A stretch of DNA of 47,241 bases, counting the filler, from Dirinaria sp. TL-2023a (lineage: Eukaryota): assembly GCA_051941275.1 (NCBI GenBank). It is 2 parts of 2 records of this genome, joined end to end, with 100 filler letters (N's around TTAATTAATTAA, not from the genome) between each part and the next. Parts side by side here need not be neighbours in the genome. Positions count along the whole stretch, not along the records: positions 23,706 to 47,241 come from JAVEBF010000204.1; 1 more part is not named here. One strand, given 5' to 3'. This document shows positions 23,706 to 36,425 of the stretch, piece after piece (positions within the stretch are counted from its first letter, which is position 1; each line of letters starts with the position of its first letter). Under the pieces are notes generated by a model. That model was not told the origin of the DNA, ran no database searches, and saw only the letters and a program-made list of their open reading frames with translations. A program made the translations under genes and the position numbers.

Positions 23706-25395
23706 TTCCTTCTCTCACACGATTCCTTATCAGTGTCTAAACTTGTAGCTTACTTCTCTTTTGACGACCGAAGTTATACCTACGTGTATTCGTAACGACC
23801 CCTGTACCCTCTATTTTTCGATAGATGCTAATTACAAATACATACATAAGGAGAGTTCATGCTTTGCGGCAATACGGAGTACCTCTGTTGGTGAAGCAGT
23901 TGGCATACAATAAGCTTTAAGCTCACCCCCACTGAACTTTAACATAAGCGTCCTGGCTAACTTAGCGCTATCTAGGATCATCGCCACTAAATGCAGTCGA
24001 ATACTCAAAAGCTCCGTATCACTGTTAATGCATTCTGGCTGATCGAATGTAGTTACGCAATACAAGTGGTCATGGGCTGCTTAAGCCTTGGGAGCGTAAA
24101 ATATCGACTTCCGGAGAAAGACAAGGACATCAGAGTTACCTGACTTTATTACATGATGAAGAAATCTTGTATGAAAAGCTGTCGATGCTGCTGTCGAAAA
24201 CTACATGATCACGTCAAGGCTACTGATTTCCGCAAGCGCGCTTATCATGCTCTCGCATGCATGTCCACCTCCATCGATCATAGATCCCCGGTGTGCATTA
24301 ATTACATGGTGCACTAACTAAGTCAAGAAAGAGCATGCGGGCTGATCGTCTGAACGACATACAAAAATTTCCGCCCAAAGCAGCAATACCGAGCCTGCTC
24401 ACCTCATCAATATCAAAAGACGGTCCGCGGTACTCGTCGGAGTCTGGTTATATTCACCAACTTTGGCATCGCGGCCGGTACTTACTCGATATCCATTGAT
24501 CTGTTCTTCAGCTTCTACTTGTCTGTTAATACACCGTATTTTGACTTGCTACTGCTGAATTAGATCGTCATCTTGATCATCCTCGGCTCTGATGCGCTTA
24601 CTATCACTGCTAGGACTACGTACTCGTACAAGACAGCTGCTACTCTTCCGAAATCAAAGAACGAACAATTGACTCACCGCACGTAGCTGGACATGTTTCC
24701 CTGTGGACGGTCGTCAAATCTAGCATTTTTACATTGCAGGATCTGTACTAGCTTATAATGAGACCTTTCGAGCTGATAGGCTTTCAGCCCCCCCCAAAAA
24801 GATAGCTGCGTAAAAGTCCACACTGGCACACCCTCTCAATAGTCCGATCATGTCCGATCACAGGAGCAATAAATTCAGCAAAGCGAAGGACAAGAAAGTA
24901 ATCGCTTCGAACTTCGAATCTCTTATGGCTGAAGGGGCACAAAAAAGGGAAGAAAAGGAAGTAGGGTCCTTGAAGTCCATCATACGCACAGAGAAAATTG
25001 CTTTCTCTCGATGAGGCTGGCAAAGGGAATATTGAGGAGATATTTTGGCCTTTTGGAAAAGATGGCTTGATATAGGGGCATAGTGGCATTGAACTATCAT
25101 CCTTTGAAAAGTATAAGACGGTAAAATCGTCTACTCGTGGCGACTTATCAAGGTTTGTCATTTGTGACGCTTATGCATGCGAGCCTCTAATTTATCCTTT
25201 TAATATTGTTGTGAAGTAGCCGCGAAGGTTTAAGGTATGGACGCCGAAATTCCATGCAGTAGCGTCTCGATACATAGGAAACAAAACCCGCGCAATGCCA
25301 TCTTCTTTTGTCGGTCCAAGGGAGCTTAAATATTTGACCGAAGCCCACCGAAACTTCGCTGCTCAAGTGCTTTCCTCGTTCCCAGAGGCTCCAAG

Positions 25396-27549
25396 ATGGA
25401 CAGTATCATTCAGTTACTTCGATCGTCGGATCAATCTTCGACGCCTATTGACGATGTTCGAGCCCAGATTCTAGCCCTGGCGCGAAGGCTCTGTCAGCGA
25501 CTCGAGACGCCGTACGAATGGATGAAGCGTTATGTATTGGAACAAGTATGTGAGGAACAATTTCTCGTCTAACTCGTAGCGTGTCGTCCAGGAACGATGT
25601 CCGCGCTATGTCTAATCCTCCTTGTTTGGACTTTCTTGGCCGCTCTTACTGAAGACAAAGCTCCGCGTACATTTTCACCTTGTCTGGATACGAAAGCTCG
25701 TTCTCAGCAGTATAATTGCTAGAGTGAATTCCGAGATCCTATTTAGGGACCAGAAATCACAATTTGCTGCTTTGGATCGACGTAGGAATGACTTTTGCAA
25801 AACAGTCCAAAACTTTTTACTTTGCTGACAAAAACTTCAAATCTAGCCAGCTCTGAATTGCTGCTTGGATATTGCCGACCAAGTCCAATTGTTCAAGCAG
25901 CTCGGAAAAAAAGACAGTGCGACAAAAACAGCTCTGGAGCTGGCTCATGCAACCAATACGGAGCCAGCGTTGCTTCGCCGTATTCTGAGACATCTTGCCG
26001 CCAATGGTGTTGTCGGGGAGCTTGAGGAGGGAGGAGAAGTTTACTATCAAGCGAGTGAGCTCTCGGAAACTCTGGCGTCACCACAAGGCAGCAGTGGACT
26101 GCACAACGTTGCGCAACTCTATACGCCGCTCTTCTCGGTCGTGCCAGAATATCTCAGATCGACCGGTTACCAAGTACCCCAAGACGTACGTAAGGGCCCT
26201 TTTCAAGGAGCCATTGCTAAGCATGGTGAGTTAAAGTCTCTAGTTTATGAGCTGGTGGACACATCGATGCCTTCAAAAGTCCGTGGCTTTTCGTGGTCTG
26301 CAGCCTGAAGCCCCCCTTTCCGTCTGGCGACATCAGGATCATCAAGCGCACATGCCAGGATGTTACCATTGACAGTTTACTTTTCTTGTAGGCCAAACCT
26401 GCTTTGAGTGGCTCCAAGAGCCCGAGAATAGGGGCATTGCAATGGACTTCAGCCTGCTGATGCAATTCATGAGTCAACACGGAAAGAGCTGGGTCGACGT
26501 TTACCAACCCGATGAGCCGCTCCAAGGCGCCGAAGACTCTGAAGCCCCTCTCCTGGTCGATATCGGTGGCAGCACTGGAGCGAAAGCTACAATTTTCCGG
26601 CGCAGATATCCTCTTCTTCCCGGTCGAGTCATCTGCCAGGACTTGCCCGCTGTCATTGACTCTGCAAAGGAAAAGAGCACTGATTTGACAACTCTGGTTC
26701 GTAATGCACCTCCACTGTTTCACCCAAACCCTATTACCACACTGAACGTACCCTATCTCCAACCTCAAAGAAATCTCCTTCGAGACTCTGTGAAGGTGAA
26801 AACAGATTCCATTGCATATGCTTACACGCACACACACATTCTCTCAGGGAATCGAAGCCCAGCCGTATAACTTCTTCACTCCTCAACCCGTCCTCCACGC
26901 CCGGCTGTACCTTATGAGCTCAGTCCTGCATGACTGGCAGGACGGCGACGCACGGAAAATCCTGCGCAACCTGGTCCCCGCCATGAAGAAGGGATACAGC
27001 AAGCTTTTGCTAAGCGAGAATGTGATTCCGCGCACGGCATGCGATCCACATCTGTCGGCGCTGGACCTGACGATGATGGCTTTTTACGGTACGCAGGAAC
27101 GGACAGAGGACCATTGGAGGGAGTTACTGAGAGAGGAGGGACTTTTGATCACGAAGATTCATACGCTGCCAGGTAGCGTCAAGAGTGTGCTGGAGGCTGA
27201 ATTGGCCTTAGACAATCCAACAAAAGGAGAAGGAACTCTTGGTGAGGTAGGAATGGGGGAAAATAGCGTCACGAGTGTGCCGGAGGTCGAAGTGGCTTCA
27301 GGAAAGCCCAAAAAGGGAGAGGAATCTCTTGAGGAGGGTGGGATGGGGGGAACTAGCGTCAAGAGTGTGCCGGAGAATGAACCTGCTTTAGGTAATTCCA
27401 AAAAGGGAGAGAAATCTCTTGGGGAGGATGAGGTGGGGGGAGATAGACTCAAGATTGTGCTGGAGGTTGAACCGACCTTAGGAAGTCCAGAAAGGGAGAG
27501 GAATCACTTAGGGGAGGCAGAAGTTAGCACAACTAATCTTTCCTCTTAA
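25396..27549 (+). CDS. SAM-dependent O-methyltransferase (Methyltransf_2/COMT-like, secondary-metabolism type) with repetitive C-terminal extension
   Basis: Exons 25396-25545, 25847-26225, 26392-26696 and 26848-27549. Motifs RLETPYE, LLRRILRHLAA (winged-helix dimerisation), LVDIGGSTG, QDLPAVI, YNFFTPQPV, VLHDW and GTQERTEDHW. Confidence 0.9.
27175..27534 (+). repeat. Four in-frame 90-bp tandem repeats in the O-methyltransferase 3' end
   Basis: Units start at 27175, 27265, 27355 and 27445 (agcgtcaagagtgtgctggagg / agcgtcacgagtgtgccggagg / agcgtcaagagtgtgccggaga / agactcaagattgtgctggagg). Confidence 0.93.
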
Positions 27550-29654
27550 CCTTAGCTAATGATTCTAGAATTATCGTACATACAGCAATAGCTTTACCTC
27601 TGCCACTGAGGTAAACAATCTTTGGCATACTTTACCTAATAACTATTGGATTCAAGATTTATTCTCCGATTCGAACTGGCTGGGCTCTTGCACCACATTT
27701 TGATAGAAGACCCACCTACGTCAGAGTAGTCTTTCGGAGTTGCGTAGCAAATGAAGAATATAATTACCAGCAATGAGCGAGTGCCTACTTAGTGAACTAG
27801 TATCTAGTATGGTATCATTGAAATTCTTGACTCGAGACCCTTCCACCTGGAGGCTGTGACTCGACCCTCGGATTAAGATTACACCCATGCGTCGGCGCAA
27901 GCGGACTGAGCTCACAGACTTGGCTTGGACAAGCCTTCACACGAGGCAAATCGAAGATTCAAACTTTTCTTCTATACTGCTGTTGTTACTATCTCCGGGT
28001 GGTAAATTGGGCTGGTACGTGAATGCCTCGCAGGGTGGCATTCTTGGAGCCGTCGTGAGTTAGGGTAATTGGATATGTGATACCAGCGCAGGTGGCTGTC
28101 CAAGCGCCGCGGCGCAGCTTAACATCCACTACTAGAAGAGCGTTCCCTTACCCTGTGTGGTATTTTGTTGTTGGATAATGGCAGAGCATGAAAGTAGGAA
28201 AATCTGGGACCATGGCACTGTTGAGAATAGGATAGGCGCACCGACGCAGCAATTTGTAAATCGCATTCGCTGATGATCAAAAAAAGCCCGAGTATTCTTT
28301 GAACGTACAGGGCGTCGATAATCCTTTTTCTTTCATCGTCGAAGGATGATTTCGCTTTTCTCTCTCTCGAGTTGATATGTCTGACGAGGAGAGACACGAA
28401 CAAAAACATTCAGCTTCTACCTTCATGACGGACTGAAGCCGATTTGTAGAGATGAGATCATAGCTCCGGTTTATCTCCGGGGAGATCCAAAACCCTACTC
28501 TAACCCCGAACAATTAGGTGAGATCCCTCCATTACCAAATCAAGGTCCTTCGGTACCTAAGGCACCAAATGAAAGGGAAGGCGTGTAGCTGGACGAGAGC
28601 TCTGATAGGCGATTGAAGATGGGCCGAAGTTACCCCTCGACTTTCGGCCACATCAGGCTGAGGGTTTTAGTCGCATCAGCTGCAGTGCTTGCTTAGGTAA
28701 CTTACCTGATCCCTCACATCCCCCGGTCACACTTCATACGTAGCAGTAGTTGAGCCCGACTAAGAGTACGTACAAACTTGTACTCGTGCTACCTCGGACT
28801 ACCGCTTCGTTCCATACCTTACTCCATTGCCTGATGCCACTTCAAGCTCCCCCATCGCTACTTCCTCGATTCAGGTCTATTCAGCATTTCGAAACCCATC
28901 TGTCCTGGGCTTACCGCTACAAGAGGTACTGAGGTGTATTGCCAAGCAAGCACGCTGTTCCACCCGATCCTCTTGTGACGAGTGTGTTCCACTCATCACA
29001 GTCTATTATTCAAGCATCTATTCCAACGACAGAGCCTGATAAAGACTGCCTGACCCACACAGAACCTTCTTCCATACTGGGTGCAGCTCCGGATCCCGTT
29101 TCAGGAGGCAATAGAACTCTGGCCCTCGCTCTTCCACTCCGGGTGCCCTGCGGCCGCTGGGCGAATAGATACACCAGGTCACCCACATTGGTACATCAGA
29201 GTAGGCCTGGCGAGAACTCGGAAAAGGAGTTCCAGCCAGTACTAGCGGCTCTTCCGCTGTCTTCGTCCTGGCAGACGAATCTCCTAACAATCAATTAACC
29301 CCAATCAACCCCGACTACCCAACCATTCCGACGTCTGCACACCCCTCTACTTCCCCAAGTATCTCAGCACACTTTACATCGACAGCACAGCATCAATTAT
29401 CAGCAGCCGAACCCAGGAGTCAAACGGTAGTATCGGCATCTTCTGAGCCCACCCAAACTCACCCTGGTCATCTCACAAGCAACCCCAGACGTAGGCGCCG
29501 TAGCCCCTCAGCAGAGAGTTCTCGCGGAGAGGATCCTATCGCAGGCAACACCGATACGGGAGAGGATCAGAGGCGCGAAGTTGTTCCTAGTGATAGGCAA
29601 CAACTTCGTGAGAAACCTTCATCGCCGAAGCGCCGCCGACTCAGTCACAAGACT

Positions 29655-31761
29655 ATGCGGCTCCACCCTGACCCATCTAAATCGAATGGCCCTCAGCAAC
29701 AATCGAATCGCTCATCCCTCTCTCCTGTACAAAAGCCTACATACTCCAGCTCGACCAACGGGCATTCCTCCGCCAACGGAACCTCCTCACCATACAGAAA
29801 CGGGTCATCGCCAACGAGCAAAAGCAAGCATTCGAACACGTATTTCGGACACGATAGAGAAGAGGTGACGAGGCTTCTGATACAGGGCTTGGGAGATCTT
29901 GGCTATTACGATTCTGCCGATAGCTTGAGTCGGGAGAGCGGGTTTGAGGTGGAGACACCCTCGGTTGCCGCCTTCAGACACGCCGTCTTACAAGGGGAAT
30001 GGGCTGAAGCGGAAGCATTGCTTTTTGGGCTTAGCAGGACGGAAGACGGTGGTGGTGTCAGCATTAGTAATGGAGATTCAAGACATAACGAGGGCCTGGA
30101 GTTTTCCGACAATGCAAACAAGAACGAGCTGAAGTTTCGCATGAGAGAACAAAAATACCTAGAGCTATTAGAAGAAAGAGATCTTGGGAGTGCTCTCAGC
30201 GTGCTGCGGCATGAGCTGACGCCTCTGGATCAAGATAGATCAAAGCTACACGAACTGTCGAGGTTTGTTGATATAAGAGAAGCGTCAGTGCGTGGAACTA
30301 ACGCTGGCAGTCTTATTGTCTGTCAATCAGTCGAGGACCTCAAAGCACAAGCTCGTTGGGATGGCGCTCTTGGGATATCCCGGCATAACCTACTTGAAGA
30401 TCTCTCAAGTATGTATGAACGTTGGTTGCGAAGAGCAAGCTAACTTGCTGCTTCAGAATCAATATCACCATCCGTTATGATACCCGAACACCGCCTTGCA
30501 GTCCTTCTCAACCAGGTCAAGCAGAACCAAATTTCCAAATGCCTCTACCACAACCCTTCAACCTCACCTTCCCTTTTCGCCGATCATGTCTGTGACCGAA
30601 GTCAGTTCCCTCTACAAACTATCCATGAGCTTAGCAACAACCCTGGTGAAGTCTGGTCGCTTCAGTTCTCGCACAATGGGAGGATGCTGGCGACAAGCGG
30701 GGAGGGACAAATAGTCGTCATCTATGACATGACCACATTCCAACCTCTTCATACATTAAGGGATCATACAAGCCATGTCCCGTACCTGACCTGGAGTCCC
30801 GACGACACAAAACTCATTACATGTTCACATGATCATAAAGCGAAAGTCTGGGACATAGCTGTATGTTGGTGTCTCCCTTCTTACAAGATCTTGTTAACAC
30901 TTCCACAGTCAGGTCAGTGCATTCTCACCATCGATCACCACGCTAATCCAGTCACCACTGCTGCCTGGGCACCCGGTACGACAGACTTCGTCACTGGTTC
31001 TCTTGATCGGGCCACCCAACTTTGTCTCTGGAATTTGAAAGGCGAGCAACTCTACACCTGGCAGACCGACTACCGCATTCAGGACTGTGCCATATCACCT
31101 GATGGTCAACGCTTAGTTACTATCTCTTCAGAACGCCATATCTTTGTGTACAATTATGTCTCGAGAGAGCAGATATATTGCCTCATACTTAAGACGAAGA
31201 TGACATGCGTCAGTATTAGTCAAGACAGCAAGTACATGCTGATAAACATGGCGGATGGCGAGGTTCAATTAATCGAAATCGAGACTGCGGAGATCGTGCG
31301 AAGGTTTCTGGGCCAGAAGCAGAGGCAGTTTGTCATAAGAAGTTCTTTCGGAGGTGCCGATGAGAACCTCATAATCAGTGGAAGTGAAGGTATAATCTGC
31401 ACCCATTGGATTCTTGGGTGGTGCGAAATGGTGCTAATGGTCAAAAGACTCGAAAGTCTACATATGGCACAAGGAGAATGGCACACTCATTGAGACTCTC
31501 GACGGCCATCGGACCGGCTGCGTCAATGCTGTCGCCTGGAATCCAGCAGATCCATGCATGTTCGCGAGCGCCGGCGATGATAGGAATATCAGGATGTACG
31601 TATTCAATCCCCTCTTGGAAAAACTTGGAATCAGCCACTGAAGTGCAAGACACAGCTGGTCCAAAGCCTCCGCGTTGCCTGCCCGCCAACGTCCGCCCTC
31701 ACAAAGTCCCCAAAGAAGCAACCGTGCATCTACGTACGAAGGCTCAGCAGCCATACTCTGA
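29655..31761 (+). CDS. GID7: LisH-CTLH-WD40 protein, GID/CTLH complex subunit Gid7/WDR26-like (true start may be further upstream)
   Basis: YFGHDREEVTRLLIQGLGDLGY..SA..LSRESG (LisH), FRHAVLQGEW (CTLH), EQKYLELLE, SVMIPEHRLAVLL, and WD repeats including QFVIRSSFGGADENLIISGSE|DSKVYIWH...CVNAVAWNP...FASAGDDRNIRIW. Five short GT-AG introns; stop at 31759-31761. Confidence 0.88.
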
Positions 31762-34700
31762 AGCGTTGTTACGTCCTTGCAATCCGTACAGGAGCGAGTG
31801 TTTGGAGCTCTACTGGCATTATATTGGGTTCAGCCGGCGCCATCGAAGGACGCGGGGCTTAGACATCATCAGAAGCTGCGTTGGTCTTGGTACGAGCTTT
31901 TCACGCATAGCATGGCCGCACATTGGAGTTGAGCGCGTGCATAGAACGCATTGAATAGTGAGGCGAATACAAATATGAACTCTTTCTATCCTCCCTTCCA
32001 AGTAGCTCGGTTTGAAGCTCGAGTCTCTGTGACTGCGTGGTTGGGTAGGGGGGTGTTTGAAAATAGTAGGTCTTTCACACTCGTTATGGCATATCCCTTC
32101 TACCTTTCAATTCTGATGAACCATTGAATCCACGGTATTCAGATCAGCAGCTATCATGCCCCAAGGGGCGCTTTCGGCTTTTTCTATACTTGCCCCCAAT
32201 ACTCTTCCTAGCTCTCAATAATCTACATATATTCTACATTGGAGCACATCTGTATACCGAATAACAAGAAGCGCTTGTGTTACTTCGTAGGGGTTTTTGC
32301 GCAAGCTCTTCACTGGTTTCATGTGCAGTTTCGGTTCTGCTCTCTTCGTGTGATCAGTAGCTGGGATATTGTTTTAGGTTCGAGCGTGGGTGCTTGAGAC
32401 TTCGATGTGGTGGATGTGGTGAGGGAAATCTGTGGAGAGGGAAGGCTATTTCTTATTCATGCGTCTATAGAATGATTATCGTCCGAATTTGATTCTCCGT
32501 GGCTAAGATAGCGGACTGAAAATGCTGATGGAGTATGATTTCAATTAGCGCAGCGGTTGCCCCCAACACTATCTCCCCTCTCGCGGACTTAAAATTAGAT
32601 CCAGTCCGATTATGAAATGATAGCTGACTTATGGGACCGGCTATATAACCCGATCTAGTCCTATAACTTGAAAGGAATTGAAGAGCATCGGGGATCTTGA
32701 CGGAGGATTCCCCAGCTATGGTGGCTTATGGGCCCCTTGGAAGACTAGGAGAAGAGATGAGTGAAATCTTGGTATCATCGGTTGGTTTACCTTCGTACTT
32801 TTCTCGGACTACTTGAAGCGCAAAGGTTTGCAGCTTGCGGCAAAAACTAATGAGACGAGCACATTTTTATTGATCTGAGGCAGCTTGGCTTCATAGTACG
32901 GAGTAGCTGATGTGTATGACTAGGTGAGTTGTCTTTCTCCAATCTGATATTGGAGTCATGAATATATTTCAAGAGCAATGAAGTATCCTTACATGTTCTC
33001 GATCACTAATTGAAATTCGACCATAAACCATCTCAATTTCTTCGTTCAAACATTCGAGCAAGCCAGGCAATTAATCTATCCATCTGAAGCACCTCGGGAA
33101 AAACTACCTCTCTATCTTTAGCCGAATAATCTAGTTCTTGCGACGCAAGGACCAATCGACATTGAGCATGGGGGTCGGGAATTGCCCGTAATATAATGTA
33201 AGGCCAGCTCGGCTCCACCGATAACTCTTCCACCTATGGACACACACTCTTGTATCGGAGTCTAAAGCCAAGCATACGCTGCACGATGACTGCTGGATCC
33301 CCGAAATTTGGACAAGAAAATCCCCCGATTGTGTAGTCTCTCAAACCCATTCTGAACAGGCTCTAACTCTATGTAGTCCGACGAGGGTATCTACCCGACC
33401 ACCGCCTTCTTTTTGAAATTTGGTCTATTCATCCAAGTCATACCACCTGCCCCCTTTTAACAACTCGATAACATTTGACTTAAACCGTGAATCCATGTCA
33501 TAGCTGTACCTAGAACCCAGTACGAACAGGTCTAATGTTCCGTAAACAATTTTAGATGTCGATTTCATCTTTCGCTTTGCTTTGATTTTTGTATTCATCC
33601 CTTATATTAATGAGATCTCATCAATTTCCACTTTGAAAGATGCACGTTTCGTCTTTCTTGCAAACACAATTTTTGCATATTTTTCTTTTATGCTTTGACT
33701 ATCGATTTTCTATGTGTGTGGCTCCCATGAGAATCGAAGGGTAGCTTTTGTACATCTTCAGAGGTGATGTGTGTCTTGCTTTCATTTCATGCGACCTAGG
33801 CTTTTTCAAATCAACGATGTAGAAGTATTCTTAGCGACGTCTATGATCATAGACGCTCACAAGTGAGCACACAAGTAGAGATCCTACGACGACCACCGTT
33901 GTCTCTGAGTCATCATATCGAAGACCGTGATGCTCAAGATCCGCTGCGTATCCCAGAACCGCTCTGAATTGTCTAAGGGAGTGCTGTTTCAGGACCTTCT
34001 TCGACCAAAGTCTGTCAGTCACATCGATCATGTTCATAGCTTTAAAGCTCAAGATTTTGACTTTGAAGAGTTTGGGTATAATTTGAAATGAGTTCCAATT
34101 GTCCGTATTACTGATGATTCCTTTCAAAACAAATCTCAACAGCGTAAACTTATCATGATCAGATTTTCTTGTTAAAGGAATTCATCGCGACATTTATCTC
34201 GGGAATTGTCATATTCGATCTTGAGACGCTGCACATCACTAAAATATTTGAGATCCGCGAATCAGATAGATGCGGAGCATAGATTGATACATTGAAAAAG
34301 TAACGTAAACTGATGATGAAGAATATACATCAAAGACTCAAAAGAAAAGTAAATCGAATTGATAATATACATTCGCGATAAAAGCGCGCACATGGAAATT
34401 TCTGAAATTGGAGATGATGTTTTTCTCTATCGTATATCGAGATAAATTGATATAGTAGATTGATGGCGGTTATATTGTCTAAGTAACGTCCTGTGAAGCA
34501 TGTGATAGATCTGTAAAAGGGCGCACTTCTGAAGTTGTATTTTTTTTTTGCTATACTGAGGAGTCTGTGTACTACGGGGTTTTTCAAGTGGTAGTTGCAC
34601 GATGAGAACCGATGATCTTTATTGTCTTGAAATTTTTAAATAAGAGATATCTTCCCTCATACTCTAGTGCTGCGCTCCGAAATAGACATATTTCAGTTTA

Positions 34701-36170
34701 TTGTCCCTCATGTAATGTCGGATAAGAATAGAGCTCATGATGAATAACCGACCAGAATCTTGCACTCTGCAAACCCAAAAAATCAAATATCATGTAGATG
34801 ATACAGCGTCGACTGGAGACGCTTTTACGTGGGGGAAAGAAAAAAGAAGCTTCTGTAGCTTCTAAGATGCGTTGAAGAGAACGGTAGGGAGTTACGCATG
34901 TTTTGCACTCCCTGCTAAATCCAACGGTGAGCGACTTCCGAAGATTGAGTTTCTTGCTGTATCGCAGCGTCGATGTGAAATTGTGAAGAGCGGAGATTGT
35001 TCAATGTTGACTTTGATGATTGGAATATTTTTTTTTCAATCTTGGAGGTGATTCCAGAAATCCAATCGAACGTGGGGCTTGCTCGTAGTTTTTTATGGTG
35101 ATAGCGACTTTTGAGTACGCAGGTGAGATGTAGTATGTAGCAGCAATGTATCAGATGGAACGAGTCAAGAAGTAAACGTAATTGCCAAAAAGTTTTAGCA
35201 GGTCTTTCGTTAGATGGTTACATCTCTTTTTCTAGAGCTTTGGCTTATTGAAATATTATTTGTTGTCCCACGCTATGAATCTCTCATAACCGGCCTCGTG
35301 AGAGAAGACAAGCCAGCTCGACAGACGAGCAGTCCGGATCCGGAGTGCGGTTCAGCTTAATTTGGAGACTCACTCCTGGCCACCTTTTCTCGAGGCAAGG
35401 GAAGTCTTTAGTCTCGGGGAGATGATAGAAGTTTCTAAGAGCCTCAAAGCTTGATGAAGTCAGTCATTCCAACAATTTTAAGTCTATGGCATTTCTTGCA
35501 CCCTGTAAAACCCGGTTTGCTAAGTCCCTATCAACTCGAGTGATGTTGTTGATATGAGAAATATGAAAAGTCTCTTTCTTCAGACTTGTCGATTTCATTT
35601 CATCTGCGTCATCATGCAAAGTCGATGTATTTAGTGTTCTTAAATCGATATTCCGCTTGGATCAATGATCTTCGATTATTCTGAAGAAAGATTGTCGATA
35701 TCTTGGAAGCAAAAATTGTCACAGCAGTATCGGTAATGACCAGCGCGCTCCATATGATCCAGCTATTCGCAATTTCTAACGCAATGTTCGAAGTTAGACA
35801 ATGGAACTTCGAAAAGAGATGAAGGTTCCCTACGCACGCGCTACAGATCGATCTTGAGACCAAATAAGCACTTCGATGATTCCGGATCATCGATGAGTGT
35901 CCTTTCGCTCAAGAAAAGAAAATATTCATGTCGAGACGATTTAGATTCGGACGATTAGAGAAGCCGTGAGCATATTGTTGGAACTGTCAACAATTAACTG
36001 ACGAGATCGACTTTCGGATTAGTGAGATGATGGTGCAGGAAGCATAAGCGGTGGAAGAAGTTGAGAAATTGAGAGTTAGTTTTATACAAGAAATCAGGCA
36101 TATCGGGTGCTGATAAAGGAGTAGAAGCGGCAAAGAGAGTTTGTGTAGCATCTATGATGAGGCTGTCGAT

Positions 36171-36425
36171 TTTTTTACGATTTTTTCCCTGAAGTTAGAT
36201 TCGACTTCCATGAGTCTGACGAAAATTTATAGATGCACTTGAATCTACTCAGTTTTTGTCCGGGGATAGCTAAAGCTTTGCTCCACCAGTTGCGGGATTT
36301 CTTTTTACAATTTCTTCCTTGAGATCTGATTCCACTTCGATGAGTTCGACGAGAAACTGTAGAGATATTCGAATTTGCCTATTGTCAGGGGATAGCTAAA
36401 GCTTCGCTCCACCACTGAGGGTGCA
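36171..36425. repeat. Degenerate tandem duplication, unit ~126-130 nt
   Basis: ggggatagctaaagct at 36262 and 36388; gattcgacttccatgagt (36198) vs gattccacttcgatgagt (36328). Confidence 0.8.

Noticed and set aside
23706..25200. Short ORFs between the gap and the O-methyltransferase
   Set aside because: No recognisable motifs or consistent exon structure; possibly relic sequence, but unsupported.
7800..27549. LanC-like gene plus O-methyltransferase as one biosynthetic cluster
   Set aside because: They are 16 kb apart, separated by housekeeping genes and an artificial scaffold linker, and no backbone enzyme, DUF3328 oxidase or transporter is present.
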